From Vicugna vicugna (taxonomy: Eukaryota), in the NCBI GenBank assembly GCA_013265495.1, contig MU058337.1, forward strand, positions 5,002,716 through 5,066,715: a stretch of 64,000 nucleotides of DNA. Direction: 5' to 3'. Positions 11,946 through 26,079 of this stretch are shown piece by piece. The notes below the pieces were generated by a model. That model was not told the origin of the DNA and searched no databases. It was given only the letters and a program-made list of their open reading frames with translations. Position 1 is the stretch's first letter. Each line of letters starts with the position of its first letter. Position numbers and translations under genes: made by a program.

Positions 11946-14774
11946 GACGAGGAGATTGACCTACAAGTTGTTTAGATCATCTGTATTCTATACATTTGTG
12001 CATAGTAACTAATTTTTAGTCTCTGGTTCTCTTTTTTATTCTTTTGATCACCAAGACCATAGCTGACATCTATGAGACCAAAGAGTAAAGATGTTTCTCA
12101 GGATACTATGTTTGCTAGGCAACTGCACTCTTTTCTCTGTTTCATATAAACTCATGCTCAGGCAGCAGCTGGGTCCTGATGGCATCCAGGATGCTGATTA
12201 AGGTTACAGGAAGAAAGGCAGGCAGTGTAACTTAATAGAGCATCCTTACTCAGACCTTCAGAGGCTAAATTTAACCTCTTATTTCTCCAGTTCCTTGCTA
12301 CTAAGAGAGAAAAAATGAATTAAAATGAAAAATAAAAGATTAAGTGCATCTTCAAAGAAGAAAGTGCCAAACCAAGTAATAGCATTAGTAATGATGAAAT
12401 TGTGTCCCTGAGGCTATAACGGACAGAAGGAAAGCACATAGCTTGTCTGTGCCTTGCTCTTTTGAATAATGTGTCATATTTTTAAATGTAGAAAAGTCCC
12501 AAATAATTAATCAGTGTTTACATTTAAGAGAATAGTTCATCTTTAAGGTTTATTTAATATTCTTTCATTTATGTTTCAGACACTTCAAAGCTTCTTTTGT
12601 TAATTTATTTGTTGGAAGAAAAACTTCACCTCCATCAATTAAAGGAGGGAGCCAGAAAAATGAGGTGAGGGAGTGGGGGTTGGAAGCTAGATTATTAAAT
12701 GAAGTGACTGTGGCCTGAAAATGGCCAGTATTCCAGGTACGCACTGAGAAACCAGGCCCATGATCCTGAGAGAAAATTATAACCAGAGATTAACTCGTGT
12801 GCATATTTGGAAATGGCCACTTAAAGTTCTTAGAACAACTGAAGAGGAATGCTCTGGTCATCCTTTTACAAAATTCTTTAAGGATGAGAGGAGGAAGCAG
12901 GTGAGATGTGACCTTACACATGTTTCTTTGAAAGAAGGTAAAATGATTTTGCATAATTTTTAAAACCTGCTCATTTAGTCAGAACTGATAAAGAAGTTGA
13001 GCTTGCCAAAGTAACAATTATACTTCACATTGCAATGGAGACATTTTCCCCATTGTTAACAGTGATTGTCTTCATGTTGTAGGAATAAAGATAAAATTTT
13101 AAAATATACTTTCTGTGTGTGAATATGTATGATTTTTATTTTCTGATAAAAATAATAATTATAAGTAATACATTAGATTTCCCTGTTTTAACTGAAAGTT
13201 TTGTAATGAGACATCTATACAATAGAATAACATTTAATGCATGAGGGTACAAGAAAGTTAATGAAGTACAAAGATAGTATATTTTTCTTTATTAAAATAT
13301 GCAAAAATCATGCTGAGATAAGCTGAATTTTTTCTAATTCAATCAAACTAAAGTACTGTTCATGCTCTGTAATTTTTTTTCAACTCTCTGTGGCTGTAGG
13401 GCTTTCTATATAGTTCTGTTTTCATAAATGACATATCAAAATGGTGACCCAGGTGATTATAACTTAGGGCATAAATTGATACTATATTACTTGTTAGACA
13501 ATTATATCATTTCACTTCTTGATGGATTTTTAATCCCCCCCCCCCTTTTTTTTTGCTATGTTAGGTAGGGGAGGGAGAGCAAAAAACTTCCAAAAGTCAA
13601 AGAGGTAAACATTAAACAAAACTCCTTAAATCTGCCTTTAGATTTCAGGTAAAAGTAGGCCAACCTTTTTCTAGCCCTCACACTAATGCCAGAATAATCA
13701 GGATTTGAATTCATCTGTGTTAAATTTAAGCAATTGTTCTTCTCTGTGGCTAAGAGAGCTTCCCCTGCTCTATTTAATGACCCACCACCCACCTGTCAGC
13801 ACGACACTCCTTAGTTTCCTTCTCAAGCCATCCTTGAATTCTGCATACTCAGGTACATGGCAACCCTTCATCCCAGCTCTCACCTAGTTCACACCTTTTT
13901 TCTTGGAAAAGTGCTTAGGAGAAATCTACGTAAGGGAGTGTTACCCCAATGGCTACATTGTCCTCTTCCTCCAGCTGCAACTGGTTCATATCTTGGGCGA
14001 GCTGCCTAGCAGCCAAACACATCCTTGGTCAGTCAACGAGGGGAGAGGATTAGCAATGTGATAGCCCTCATTTGGCTTCATTCATCTGCTTTTGTGTCTC
14101 CAGTCTGCTCTTCCCTTGTCTCCAGTGCTTCTTAAAATACAAGGTTAAGGGCAGCCTCAATTACCTTGAGTCACATCCCTAGTAGCTGGAGTGTCACAGA
14201 AGAATTCCAGGTGGGAATCTCTGAGCTGATGGTGATTCTCTGTGATTAGCCTTCTGGGGTGCCATATTTTTCAAGTAATGAGCATTCTTCAAAGACCTCA
14301 GACTTGGACACACTTAGTAAACCTACCTTTCGTCTTAAAATGACCTCCTGAGTACTTTTCCTTTACTGCCATTTGTTTCCGAGACTCATGATTCACTCTA
14401 CACTTGTACCTCCTCATCACAATCCTATTATTGGACTTTTCCATAAACGTGGTTGCTTAATATAGACTCCCACTTTTGCCTGCTTTCCACCAGCCCAAAT
14501 ATCAGTATCCAGACCCAGTAGCGAAGTCAGCCTTCCTCTAGCCCTCTTGTAGGGTTACACACTAACCCCTTCCTTCCTTTACTTGACATCCTGGGCTCCC
14601 TCTTCATGTTAGGAGATCCCCACTTTGTTGGTACAAATTGTTATTGTAAGAATAACGGGTAACTGTCAAGGAGACTCATACGTCTATTTAGTTTTGTTTT
14701 GTTTTGTTTTTTAACTTGTTCATTACTTGTAAATCACATTGCTGACTGATAGTCATCAAAGCCATTTTGGAGAC

Positions 14775-15258
14775 ACAAAGACTTATGTGCAAAAGTTCAT
14801 TGTATTATTATTCATAGTCAGTGCCAAACTGGAAACAACCCAAACATCCATCAACTGGTGAATGGACAAGCAAAATGCAAGATATCCATACAGCGAATGA
14901 TATTGAACAGTAAAAAGAAACATATTTCTGATTCCCTTAAGTCAACCTCAAAAACATCAGGCTAAGTGAAAGAAGTCAGAGCAAAACACCCCTCATTATG
15001 ATTCCATTTATATGAGATTTCTGCAAAAGACAAAATTATAGCCACCACAAGCAGATCACTAGTTATCTAGGGGCAGGAATAGAAGAGAGGGTTGATTGTA
15101 AAGAGACCGGAGGAACTTACAGGGATCATGGAAGTGTTCTAAAACTAAATTGTAGTTTTGATGGCATGATTATTTAAATTTACTAAAACTCAGTGGACTA
15201 CATCCTTAATGGGTAAATTTTATGGTATATAAATTCTCTTTTAATAAAGATGTTAAAA
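14775..15258 (+). mobile_element. Old L1 (L1MB/MC-like) 3' end
   Basis: ccaaactggaaacaacccaaacatccatcaactggtgaatggacaagcaaaatg...gctaagtgaaagaagtcaga...atgattccatttatatgag...aataaagatgttaaaaa. Confidence 0.9.
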
Positions 15259-15346
15259 ATGGTGCAGATACGTTATTTTTTAAGTTCTCAAAACTATGCT
15301 TTTGCATAGGTCCATTTTACATTGTTTTTTCAGCTCCAGTTCTTCG

Positions 15347-15500
15347 GACAATGTTTCTTAATGTGCACACAACTCACCTGGGGATCTTGCTAAAATGCAA
15401 TTCTGGGTCAGTGGTTCTGGGGTGGGAACTGAGACTCTGCATTTACCAGCTCCCAGATGATGCTCATCGGACCTGGATTCTGGGGACCATGCTTTTGTAG
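15347..15500. mobile_element. MER5A-like hAT-Charlie element
   Basis: tcacctggggatcttgctaaaatgcaattctg...gagactctgcattt...ctcccagatgatgct...ggaccatgctttg. Confidence 0.85.
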
Positions 15501-16119
15501 GACGATTTTAGTTGTCTCTCCTCTTTCTTGGTCTGTAAGGATTACTTGACTAGCATTATAAATAACAGAAACATTCATCATTTCATCCACCAGCTAACAA
15601 TACAGGAAGAACTTGTTTGATGTAGATTCTGTAGCTGTGTCAGTATTCAGGTCCTCTGACCTTTAAAATACATGTTGTTGCTTGTAATGCTCTCAGTGGC
15701 CCTTTAAATTAAGCCCAGTGATCATCAGTCATCTTAGTTCCCCTGATTCCTCATCAAAGCCCTGTTGTTAAGATTGTTTTAGGAACAAGTGGCTCTGAAG
15801 GTAGAGTTTTGAAGGAACAGCTTACCTACATACACTTTTCCATTAGTGGTAATGTACCTCAAACACCTGAAACCTTTATTTTAATTTTAAATATATCAGT
15901 TTCTAGAACAGTTTATGCCAAGTCAATTGGGAATTTTCTGTTTCATGGCCAAACAGTGTTTAAGGTTCAAATGCCAAGGGCATTGTAATGGCGACTTAGA
16001 GGGAAAGCGTGGCATGGGAGAAAGGATGCTGGTCTAACATTCAGGAGATCTGGGTACAGGTTCTGCTGCTGTCTGTATGTACCACCGTGAAGACGGTACC
16101 ACACCTGTCTTCACCTGTA

Positions 16120-16612
16120 AACTAGAAATGTTTTTGCCGTGGACCTCTCCCCTTTGGCAGTCTATTGAAGACTTTGGGCCCCTTCTAAGAAAAGCATTTT
16201 GAAATGCACAGAAAAAAGATCCATAGATTGCTAAGGAAAGCAATTATATTGAAACACATTATTCAAAATATAAAAAATGATATAGTGATGTATGTATTTT
16301 TCAAATTCACATATTGAATAAGACACAGGGGCAAATCTGAATAGTGATGAGCATAAAGATTTTGAGATCCCTGCAACTACTTACAAAATATAAATACCTG
16401 TAATTTCTGTAGGTAACAAAATGTTAGGTATTGATAATACCACTGTGGTTCACTGCTTATGGGCACATAAGTGGAAGAAAATGTTAAAAGTCCAATAAAA
16501 GGCTAATGAAAATGAAGGTGCATTATTTCCCATTTTAGTTTGCAAATCCTCCGTGCCCTGTTTACTAACTGCTTGGGAGTCTGTGGTCCCCAGACTAAGA
16601 GCATCTTCCCTA
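16120..16612. mobile_element. MER119-like hAT-Charlie element
   Basis: gccgtggacc...ccctttggcagtctattgaagac...ccccttctaagaa...aaggaaagcaattatattgaaa, ending ctgtggtccccagactaagagc. Confidence 0.75.
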
Positions 16613-16769
16613 GAATGTCTCCAAGATCTGAAATTCAGCAATTAACTGATGCTGATTTGAGTAATAAAATGGTTTCCAATCATGTAACAATGTTAAATAA
16701 TTCAGAATACTATCACATCTTTTCCAGAGAACAACCCTCCTGGGGAAGTAGAGTGTCTTTTAATCTCTT

Positions 16770-17100
16770 TTACTGTAGATGAGGGACCTTAGATAAAGTT
16801 GAAGTGGTTTAGCAGTCATATAACTGGTTAATGATAAATCCTTTGGTACCAGATCTCACAGTCTCCAGGACCCTTTTTCCTATCATCCTTCAATTTAGGA
16901 AATTAAATAACGAGTTTACTTGCTCATCTTTCACTGTGTAATTCGAACATTAACAAAATTACTTGTTAGAGACCTTCAAATTTCAGACTAAAAGATAAAC
17001 TTAAATATTTAGGCCAGTCCTTTCATTTTATGGATGAAAAAGCGAGGCTCATAGAAATGAAGTGTCAGGCCCAAGGTCACACTTTTAGACGATGGTCGAG
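16770..17100 (-). mobile_element. Two MIR fragments (~16770-16890 and ~17010-17100)
   Basis: gtagatgaggga...gaagtggtttagcagtcata; cattttatggatgaaaaagcgaggctcatagaaatgaagtg...cccaaggtcacac. Confidence 0.6.
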
Positions 17101-17503
17101 GCTCTTCCATGTTTGCTTATCAGCTCCCCATCATGGAAAGGACAGGGTTCAGAGATTTCTCTGAAAATCCAAGAAAGTCAGAAGTAATTTGAGAACAGTG
17201 CATTTTAGAATCTATACAATAAGCATCTGTGCCTGTAGGAACGAACAGTGAACCAGCCTGAAGAAAGACCCCCCTTTGAGGGCTGGTTAGTGATATCCAC
17301 AACAGCTGAGCAGATTTGGGATAATGCGAAGAGGAGGCTGCGAGACAGAGGTGAACAGAGCTAGGATGAGAGAGGCTGAAGTCACGGGGACAGACGCCTG
17401 CTAAGGAGACAGGAGGGGATTGCTAAACCACCGGGCACAGCAGGGATGATGTGGACATCAGTGTTGCTAGGCTGCCCAGTGAGTGCGCTGTATCTAATGC
17501 AAG

Positions 17504-17999
17504 TGTCGACTGAAGTAAATGCACAGCCTAAAAGTTGGGAGTTATGTTTTATTTGGCGGGCATTTCTGAAGACTCAATCCCTTCAAGCCTGGGATGACAG
17601 CCTCTCAGATGGCTCTGAGGGACTGCTCCAAAGCGGTAGGGGAGGAGCTATGACATATAGGAGCTTTACAACAAAGACCAGGTAGTTGGAACCTTAAAAG
17701 ATTACTTGTTAACTGAAGAAAACCAGACATCTCAAGTTAAAGAATTTAGTGCTTTTCTTTGTATGGGAGGGAGCAAACATTTGGGCTCATTGAATTCATT
17801 CCTTTGACAAGCACCTAGCTATCTAGGGCCAGTAGCCTGTCCTTTCTTATTCTGAGTCCCCTCAGGGTGCACCATTGTGAGTGGCTGCAGAGGCTGGGCT
17901 GCAGGCTTGTCTTCACTGAGGGGTGGCAGCAGCCACTGATGACTTGATGGCTTCATCATTCTTTGTTTACTGATATGGTTGCAGTATTTTTCATTCACA
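17504..17999 (-). mobile_element. ERV1-class solo LTR, artiodactyl/camelid type, 496 bp
   Basis: Minus strand begins TGTGAATGAAAAATACTGC and ends TTCAGTCGACA (TG...CA termini); minus-strand AATAAA at 17548-17553; no internal retroviral sequence adjacent. Confidence 0.85.
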
Positions 18000-18244
18000 T
18001 AATGAACAGCATGTAAAGTGAACTATGGCGTGTTCACTTGAGATGAATTTTGAGAAGGACAGAGTTGTGACTATTATAATGTGTACATTTGGAAGGTAAT
18101 GATGAAGTGGGATTTTTGAAGTTACGTCTGATTGTGTACAACGACCAAATGCCTATTATACAATGTAAATACTGTAGGAATACAAAAGTGATTAAGATGT
18201 AGATTTTGTTTTCAGGAAGCTTACAAAATCTAAATTAGGCGAGA

Positions 18245-18400
18245 GGTCAAGCTCTCCGTTCAAATGTAAATTCTACCAATTCACTAGCTAATTGACTAGT
18301 TGTGTGACCTTAGGGAGCTTCTTCCTCTACAAATTTTGAATCATAATGAAACACCATACAGGACTAGTGTGAGGACTCAATGAGTGTATTGGATAGTCAG
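18245..18400 (+). mobile_element. MIR SINE
   Basis: gttcaaat...actagttgtgtgaccttagggagc...ataggactagtgtgaggactcaatgag. Confidence 0.65.
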
Positions 18401-21400
18401 CCTTGTGTGTTGGATCAATAACACCATGACCCATTTAGCCAAGTGTTAATTTCACTTAGTGTAAGAGTCCTAGACTCTCGATGAACTTTTCATGCTCCGT
18501 TATATTAAAAATCCTTTAGTCTTATCATGCACCTTGAATGAATCTTTTACCCTAGATCCAGGGTGCAAAATTGTTCTGAGCAGTTGCTGCTTTTTTATAA
18601 GTCCCTTTACCTGTTTGACTTTGCTAGTTTGGGTCATCTTGACTGGTGTCAACCCTCTGCACTCATTGGTAGGATAATTGATAAATTGTGAATTAGAGAG
18701 GACAGATAAGGTTGGTTTTTTTCATTATTGTGAGTTTTGCTATTTTTAGATTTTATGATAAGCTCTTCAGATCCTGCACCTGGGACAGCCAGGTGTGTGT
18801 GTGACGACGTCTATAGATATGATGCGAGGCTAATGACTGCTGTGGTGATTATTGGCCAGTGTAAAGAGGCACACGGCTAAATATTTTTAATCATGATTTC
18901 TGAAAACAAAAATAAAAACCTGGAGTGTAAACTGAGCTCTTTTTTCTATATGAAGTATTTTTTTCCAACTATGTACATTTTCATCAATTCAGTTTGACAT
19001 ATTACTTCACTGTAAATATATAAAATAGGTGAAAAGATTTGCCTGAATTGTGAAAATACAGGCATCACTGTCACACTTTTAATATAGGACATATGCTCGA
19101 GTGAAATAGCGTGGGATCAATTCTCCAATCGATCAGAAATCAAGAACTCCAGAGGGCTTTAAAACTGCACACAAATTTTGTCTGCATTCTGGTAACTAAT
19201 TAGAGTGGGAGAGCGTAAGATGAGTTAATAGCAGAGTATCCAAGAATTGTAGCGAGGACCAAAATATAATTTTCCTGTGATACAGGGGAAAAAAGAAATT
19301 GTGAATTACATTGTGCACTGAATTACTATATTTTATGAATGTGTTTTCCCTATATTAATAGTGAACTATGAAAAAGTAGCATAAGCTTTGGGTTTTCCTG
19401 TTTGATATCCAGACATTGCCAACTTCATCCAGCTCATATACTCAAAAATTTTACCTGGAAAAATTTCTAAAGGAATAAATTAGCGTCATATCTTATCTGT
19501 TTAGACACCAACCTCACAGTAGGTATTTCCAGGCAATAGTAGGTATATTGCAGGGTCATGCCTTCTGACAAAAAAGAGTGATGGCAAATTAGAGCCTCAA
19601 ACCACATTTTTATTACTAATAGTTCATACTTTCTGTTAGCAAAAGCTGATTTATCATACTCTTCATCTGGGGTGGAGACAATTTTTTAAATAATTTATTA
19701 AGGAATCTTAACTAAATTTCTTGTTGTAATTTTAAGATATAGAAAATAATAAATTAAGAGCTTTATAAAATTAAGCATGAGATTACAAATTTTTTATTCG
19801 ATTAAAAACACATCACTTGGTTTCCAAATAATGATTAAGGGAGAAATGTTATAAGTAAAAAAGCACAGAAAGAGAGAAATGTGGGAGAACAGGAAAAAAG
19901 AGGAGGAATAGGGGTGAGACAGACAGTCAGTAGAGTCACAGATATGCGTAAGTCACGGGAAACGGTGTTCTTTTATGTAATTAATTATACTGAAAATCAT
20001 TTGAGCTATGACTTGCTAATTACTATTTATTTTTGTACATCTTTGTTCCTTAATTTATTTCATTCATTCCATAAACATATATCGTACGTACGAGATACGA
20101 AGCACAGTACTAAGCTCTGTGAAGGAGAACAAGGTAAAGCATATTTCTTGCTCATTAGCCACTATTTGCAGCTTTTTAACTGCACCAACCTTAAAACCTT
20201 ACATTCTTCATTCAGAATGGATTACCAGACATAAATCATTCCTGGGTTCTTCCAGCAGCAGTTTCATCAGTAAGTAAACATTTGTGAAGCTTCAGAATGC
20301 CCTGTCTTTTGATTGTGGTTGTAAGAGACACCCTAATAAGGCGCCAGCTCTAGATCCAAAGCTCTCTAGGAGGTAGACGCTTACGATACAGCTGAGCTGC
20401 GCTTCGTCAAGTCGTCTTGCCATCTACTTCACCAAAAGCTGTTGGCTGGAAGTGCACAAACACGCAGAGCATAGAGATCATTGATAAAAAATCTGATTTC
20501 ATTTTGGTGAAGTAGATATCTGTTTTACAGATGGAAGCATTTTTTGTATTACGGTCAAGGTTAAGTATTATGATCAGTTACTATCCTAACTGAGGGATGA
20601 TTGAGGGCCAGATTTTTTATACTAATGCAAACAATAGTCAGATACGTGTCTTTAGGTTTGGATATATTTTATGATTATTATAATATGCATTATCATTACT
20701 ATACACACACATTATCACATTGTTACATACATAAATTATGATTATTATATTCATCAGTTAAGTTTGAAGAATAGGTATCAAGTCTCATTAGTTTTTATAT
20801 TTTATGTGCCTAAATCATTTTTGAAGATGGGAAATAGTCTTTGAATTATAAACTATTTTTAAAACCATTTAATAGTAAAGGAGAAGGTAGTCCTAAGGGA
20901 AAGTCAAAGAAATCTTCAGCTGACATGCAGCCCATGATGATTTTTGTGACACTGAGTTTTAATTCACGAGACTCTTTGTATCTGCAAACTCTAAAATCTG
21001 AATTCATGAGAATAAAAGCCTATTATATCATGGCACTGTTTCAATGTCTCTATGGAGGACTAGGCAGAGAACATCCTGAAAAAATAGCCGTGTGGTCTAC
21101 TGAAGTTTACCTAAAAGGCAGTGCACTTGCCTGTATTCACTCCTAAGGCTGACATTACCCACACACAGGCTTCTCTCTCCGTTACCGTGTAATTCCCGTC
21201 GTACCTTCTGTGAAATGATTACAATTGACGATTCCAAAGACCATTTTTAGATGTGTTCTTCCCCTTGAAATACTCTCCTTAAGCATTTTTATAAAGGCTT
21301 GTTTTCTAGTGTTTTATTATATCATATTCCTCCTTGCTTTGGGTTGTCTTCCTGGTATCCTAAGAATGTGTCACTTTGAGAAAGGAGTGGGAAGTGGTCT

Positions 21401-22231
21401 TCCAGGTAGAACAGAATCAGAAGTCTGAATCTGGGATAATGAGAAAAAGTAATGACTGTTGCAGAAAACTACATACACTATATATTTATTCATTTCCCCT
21501 AAAACATTTGACTGCTCAGTGTTTTAATCAGTGCCAGACATTATTCAAATTGACATAAAGCCATGTTTCTCTCCTCTAGATCTTTTTTTTTCTAGCAGCA
21601 AACTATGAAAAGAGAATTTTTGCTGGGGCAAATCGCCTCCGCAGTGCACTTGCCCTCACTGCTTGCAGGCACCCCTCTGCTTATCAAGAAAACAACAGCT
21701 GACTTTGGAAAGGAGTGAAGGAAGGCTTACAGACATCACATCAGTGTCACACCAAGGCATTGATGTGACTTCTCTATCCTTTGGGCTCTTATATCCTAAG
21801 AAACTTCAGATTTGAAAGACAAAAGGGATATCAGAGGCAACAGCTTTGAATGTGAAATGAGAAAGATCAGACAGGGAAAGAAAAAACCTTCCATCCCCAA
21901 ATGGACTTTAGTTAAAGAAAAAGCTGAACACTGAGATATAACTGATGTGTACAAATTCTGTACACTCAAACTGTGTTAAAAATTTACCGGATGTCTTTCA
22001 TATTCAGCAAATATTTTGTATTTACCGTATCTGTACAAGATAGTCTTTGCCTCAGATCAACTCATTGCCAAGTGATTAATGCTCTACTTAACTATACCTC
22101 TTCCTAATAATAAAATACTGTAACTAGGAAACACTTCAAAATTGAAGTCAGCTCAAAATTTTAAAATGTTGTGCCAAGATCATTTGTTATGCTGACTTTC
22201 TCTTTACTTCGACCCACACAGTCATAAGGGC

Positions 22232-22257
22232 AACACACACACACACACACACATACA
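22232..22257 (+). repeat. (CA)n microsatellite
   Basis: Short AC tract. Confidence 0.9.
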
Positions 22258-24171
22258 CCCCTTTCTACTTAATGCCATATTTCAGTTATTAACACGGGCA
22301 GTTATTTATCCAAACAGCCCTCCCATAAACACAGGAACACAACCTATGTTCCCACGTAAAACTTAAAATGACAGCTTGCAAGGTGTATATGATTTAAAAT
22401 TTGGATTATTAGCCTGTTCATTGTAAGATTGTTCATTGGCCCATAGGCATATTCAGTTGTGTTTTTTTAAGAATGAGTTTTATTTATGTAAATAAATCAT
22501 AAAATAAAATTAGACTAACCTACACTTTGAGCAATTTGATTGAGAAGAAACTTGATTTTAAACTCACCCTTTCCCAGAGATCGCCATCCCGTTGCTCAAT
22601 CATATGTGGTGGGTAAGATTTTACTCTCCACTATTTAGACAAATACCATATTCAGTGAACAGGTGCGAATAAGGGTTCAGTCCTTAATGTGATGCGATAC
22701 TTGGAGATTATGACCTAAGGCTGGGTTTCGAGCTTTAAAGTCTGTAAATCTCCGGGATTCACATATAACGCCATTTGAGTGTGGCTTCCTATGGTTAAGA
22801 CATATATAGTTTAATATTTTGATTTATTTTCCATTTTGGCCCACCTGTATTTGATAATATATCATTGAAAAACATAGCATTTGCTAAATTACTTGTGTAG
22901 GCCAAATAAATGGGACCTTTTTAAGTTTTCAGTGATCAGAGTATTAAACTATATTATGTGATCTGCATGTCTCGTATGGTAGCTTAATTTATAGAAATAC
23001 GACCTTTAGGAATGGTTTTAAATCTCAGTATCAATGACAATTTTTAAAAAGCTTAAAGAGAAAAAAAGAGGTCTAAGAACGCCATGACTTCTTGAAAGAA
23101 ACATCAGTCAGAAACGCTTTAAGTGACATTTTTTTGCTATTTTATTTCAAGATTCTTTCCATATTAGAATGTGAAAAATAATTGGCATTTCTAGCTTGTT
23201 GAAAGCTTAGTTGTGAAGACCTAGATGAAAGAAAAAAGGTTATGTCTGAAAAAATTTAAGGCATCATAATTTCTCATCAACTAATCAAGGCATATTCAGT
23301 TGTGGCCACCATTTCCTCCCCCGAAGACCAGTCAGACATCAAGATGTAGAAAGTTATTCAGATTTTTCAGTTATTCAGATTTTTTCCTCACCTATTATTT
23401 TCTAGACAAATTGACACGAGTTACAATAAACTGTCGATAAAGTCAGCTGTTTATGGATCAACATAATAATTATTCTAAGGTCAAATTATTTTATCACAGG
23501 AAATTTTTCAGATCACAGGCTGAGATAAAAATCCAGAAAACTTCCCAGAGCTTTTCTAGCGCATGCATCCTTAATTAAAACACTAATTTTTACCCCCTTA
23601 TTTGTTGGATTTGCATCATAGCAGAACATCAGTGTGGAACTATATAGCCCACTGCATGCTCTTAAAATGTTTTATTTTTATTGTTACTCAAGGGGAAAAG
23701 GTGAAAGATACATGGAGACTGGGATTTGTTTGTTTTCTTCTGATTAAAAAAACAGCCATTCAAGTCAGGTTTTGTTTTAGTTTCTCTTTTCTTCTTCTTC
23801 TTCTTTTTTTTTGCATGACAATGCAGAGGTCCTTAACCAAATCTGAAAATCAATCAGTCAATCAACCAATCCTTCCAAAGCACTGAGAGGAGATAAAAAG
23901 GGAAGAAATTTCAGACCAGAGCTTATCTAAGGAAATGAAATGCCTTTAGTAGATACATGTATAATTTTTTTAAAAAAAAACTTACCATCTACTGATAAAC
24001 ATATGCATTTTCTTATTCCAACCTTTCCGTATAATTTTGTCTCTGAACAAAAAATTGCTTTTTGAAACAACCTCATGACAATGAAAGATTTTGTTTTTCT
24101 TTTAAAGACTCCCAATTTCCAAGATATTCTTTCCTCACCAACTTTAAGCATCCATGTTTCTATTGATTTTG

Positions 24172-24172
<1 letters not shown>

Positions 24173-24206
<34 letters not shown>
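24173..24206 (+). repeat. (AC)17 microsatellite
   Basis: Perfect AC x17. Confidence 0.95.
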
Positions 24207-24209
<3 letters not shown>

Positions 24210-24309
24210 GCAATTCATAACAATTTCTTTAGTGTATCCTCAGGGTTGATAATCTTCATTTTCTTTGGTCAGGTCATAAAGTTTAAACATGAAATGGATT
24301 GCAATTTGT

Positions 24310-24567
24310 TTTCTTTTTTTAATATATATATATTTTTATTGAAGTATAGTCAGTTTACAATGTATCAATTTCTGGTGGACAGCACAATGCTTCAGTCATA
24401 CATGAACATAAATATATTTGTTTTCATATTCTTTTTCACCATAAATTACTACAAGATATTGAATACAGTTCCCTGTGCTATAAATTGAATACACTGTGCT
24501 ATACAGTATAAACTTGTTTATCTATTTTATATATGTTAGTATCTGCAAATCTCAAACTCCCAATTTC
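24310..24567 (-). mobile_element. Lineage-specific (artiodactyl/camelid) L1 3' end, 5'-truncated
   Basis: T-rich tail then ttttattgaagtatagtcagtttacaatg...tacaagatattgaatacagttccctgtgctata...atctgcaaatctcaaactcccaattt. Confidence 0.85.
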
Positions 24568-24799
24568 GAAGCAGTACATTACATTAAAAAGCAAATGCTG
24601 AAATCAAAGCTTGGTCTGCCTGCTAATGTGATGTGTTTCCTCTTGATAAATCACCTCCCAATACATATTTGGTCAGCTTCTGTTGTGGCTTCCCCCTGCT
24701 ACCCACCAATCCTGCCGTCTATTTTGTAGAGATTTTCTAGAAGTTTGATCATTTGTTTATGTTTGTACTTTCACACTGTTTGCTGGGAGTGGGAAAGCA

Positions 24800-25345
24800 A
24801 ACAATAGCCAAGAGGTGGGAACAACGAAAATGTTCAACAACGTAAAGGAATAAAGAAGGTGAAATAGTGTTCAGCCCTGAGAGGGAAGGGAATCCTGCCG
24901 TTTGTGACAGTGTGGGTGGATGCTGAGGGCATTATGCTAAGTGAAAGAAGCCAGACAAAGACAGACTGCATGGTATCACTTACATGTGGAATCTTAAAAG
25001 AAAAAAGTCAGAGCACAGGTCCTTGTTGCCAAGGGCTGGTGGGGAAGGGGAACAAGGGGAGGTTGGTAAAAGGGCACAGACACTCAGCTGTAAGATGGAT
25101 AAGGTCTGAGGATCTCTTATATAATATGGTGACTATAGTTGATGACACTGTATTATATAATTGAAATCTGGGAAGAGACTAGAACTTAAATGCTCTCACA
25201 CACATGCAAAGATAAACACGTGAGGCGATGCGTGTGTTAATTACCAAGATGGAGGATCCTTTCACAATATACGTGTGTCTAATTATTTCACTGTACATTT
25301 TATATATCTTACAATTTTTTGTCAATTATACCTCAGTAAAGGTGA
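24800..25345 (+). mobile_element. L1MA-like 3' end
   Basis: caatagccaagaggtggg...gaatcctgccgtttgtgaca...gggcattatgctaagtgaaagaagccagac...tcacttacatgtggaatct...gtcaattatacctcagtaaa. Confidence 0.9.
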
Positions 25346-25499
25346 AATTTATAAGAAAAGACATTAGAATATCCAGTTGAATATAACATGAGTTGTTGTT
25401 TATTGTCATTGTTGTTGTTTTGAGTTCCCTGCTGCCCCAAGGGCTCAAACATGTGCACCAGAATAGAAATTCCAGGCTTTGAACTGCTGATTAAACGTA

Positions 25500-25810
25500 G
25501 AAACACACACAGTTCATGTATTAACCACACGTGACAAAATGCTTGCTATTTGGCTCAGGAAAAATGAGCCACAGGCAGTTCCTCGTCCATAAATTGCCAT
25601 GTTTTGCACCATGTGGCCATTTATCTTAGTCACCCCTGATTGGGACCGGGAACGGGGAGCTGAGCTAATAGCAGCCGTGTGCAGGCTCCCCGACAGCCCT
25701 GGAGGACCCTGCCCATAGGAACATTCCACACTGAGTCACACCTGACTACCGCCCAGAGCAGATGCTTCCTGGGGACAGACTGCCAAGTGGTAGGAATGAC
25801 TAGAGACTTA
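25500..25810. promoter_or_regulatory. Candidate enhancer (RUNX, E-box, AP-1, TEAD motif cluster)
   Basis: AACCACA 25523, CACGTGAC 25528, ATTGG 25639, ACATTCCA 25721, TGAGTCA 25732, GGAATG 25793 in non-repeat GC-richer DNA; motif evidence only. Confidence 0.4.
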
Positions 25811-26043
25811 CGGAGAACGAGAGCACACCACGGCTCACTGAGAACCTGGTAGTTGCCAGCCGAATACGGAAGTACGGAGGGGACCTCGGGGGAGGAAGGA
25901 GGGAGAGAGAGCAAATAAAGTAGAAACAAGTGATGCAAGGGAAGCAATTGAGTCCTAAGAACGACAGAGTAGATGTGGTCAGACGCAGGCTGCACTCTTT
26001 CCAAGGAGACGACTGCTTGAGTTGCCAGTGTGACATCAGAGAA

Positions 26044-26045
26044 GT

Positions 26046-26079
<34 letters not shown>

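Noticed and set aside
24075..24488. 137-aa ORF with an HT run
   Set aside because: Reads through (AC)17 and an antisense L1 tail
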